From contig NW_027362202.1 of NCBI RefSeq assembly GCF_039654945.1, positions 186,001 to 250,000 of the forward strand: a stretch of 64,000 nucleotides of DNA, given 5' to 3'. The translations under genes were made by a program, and so were the position numbers. This document shows, piece after piece, positions 63,827 through 64,000 of this stretch. The notes below the pieces were generated by a model. That model worked only from the letters and a program-made list of their open reading frames with translations, had not been told where the DNA came from and made no database searches. This DNA comes from Dendrobates tinctorius (taxonomy: Eukaryota). Each line of letters starts with the position of its first letter. Position 1 is the stretch's first letter.

Positions 63827-64000
63827 CTGAAGGGCAAGGATATAACTGTGTGGAATATGTAGTCAGCTATACATTAATTACCGTCCTACAAATCTGCTAA
63901 CTAGTCATGCGTGAACGTGCTGAGATAAGGTGTTATCTGAGCATGCTTGTGTGCGAACATAGCGACTTTGGTGAGCTCTAAAAATACGTTCCTTGTCCCA

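Overview
Repeat-dense vertebrate genomic DNA, most likely from a frog (inferred from the repeat families and the FTCD protein). The only host gene is FTCD (formimidoyltransferase-cyclodeaminase) on the minus strand. Twelve coding exons corresponding to exons 3-14 lie at 35281-63826, all with GT-AG splice sites and a continuous frame; exons 1-2 lie beyond the right edge. The rest is nested transposons. These are four near full-length DIRS1-type tyrosine-recombinase retrotransposons (A, D, E, F; three inside FTCD introns), one mini-DIRS, two DIRS terminal fragments, a self-priming chromovirus, a tRNA-Ser-primed Gypsy remnant, solo LTRs, a 5'-truncated CR1 LINE, a foldback Chapaev3-like DNA transposon and many hAT, Harbinger and Kolobok-type MITEs. 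Most notable observations: (1) a phase-0 spliceosomal intron that appears conserved in the gag of several DIRS1 families, implying a spliced gag mRNA; (2) a 353-nt tandem retrozyme-like unit carrying a type I hammerhead ribozyme in FTCD intron 7; (3) DIRS ends with swapped interiors, plus an 8.8-kb internal inversion of element D. All calls were made by eye, with no database search.
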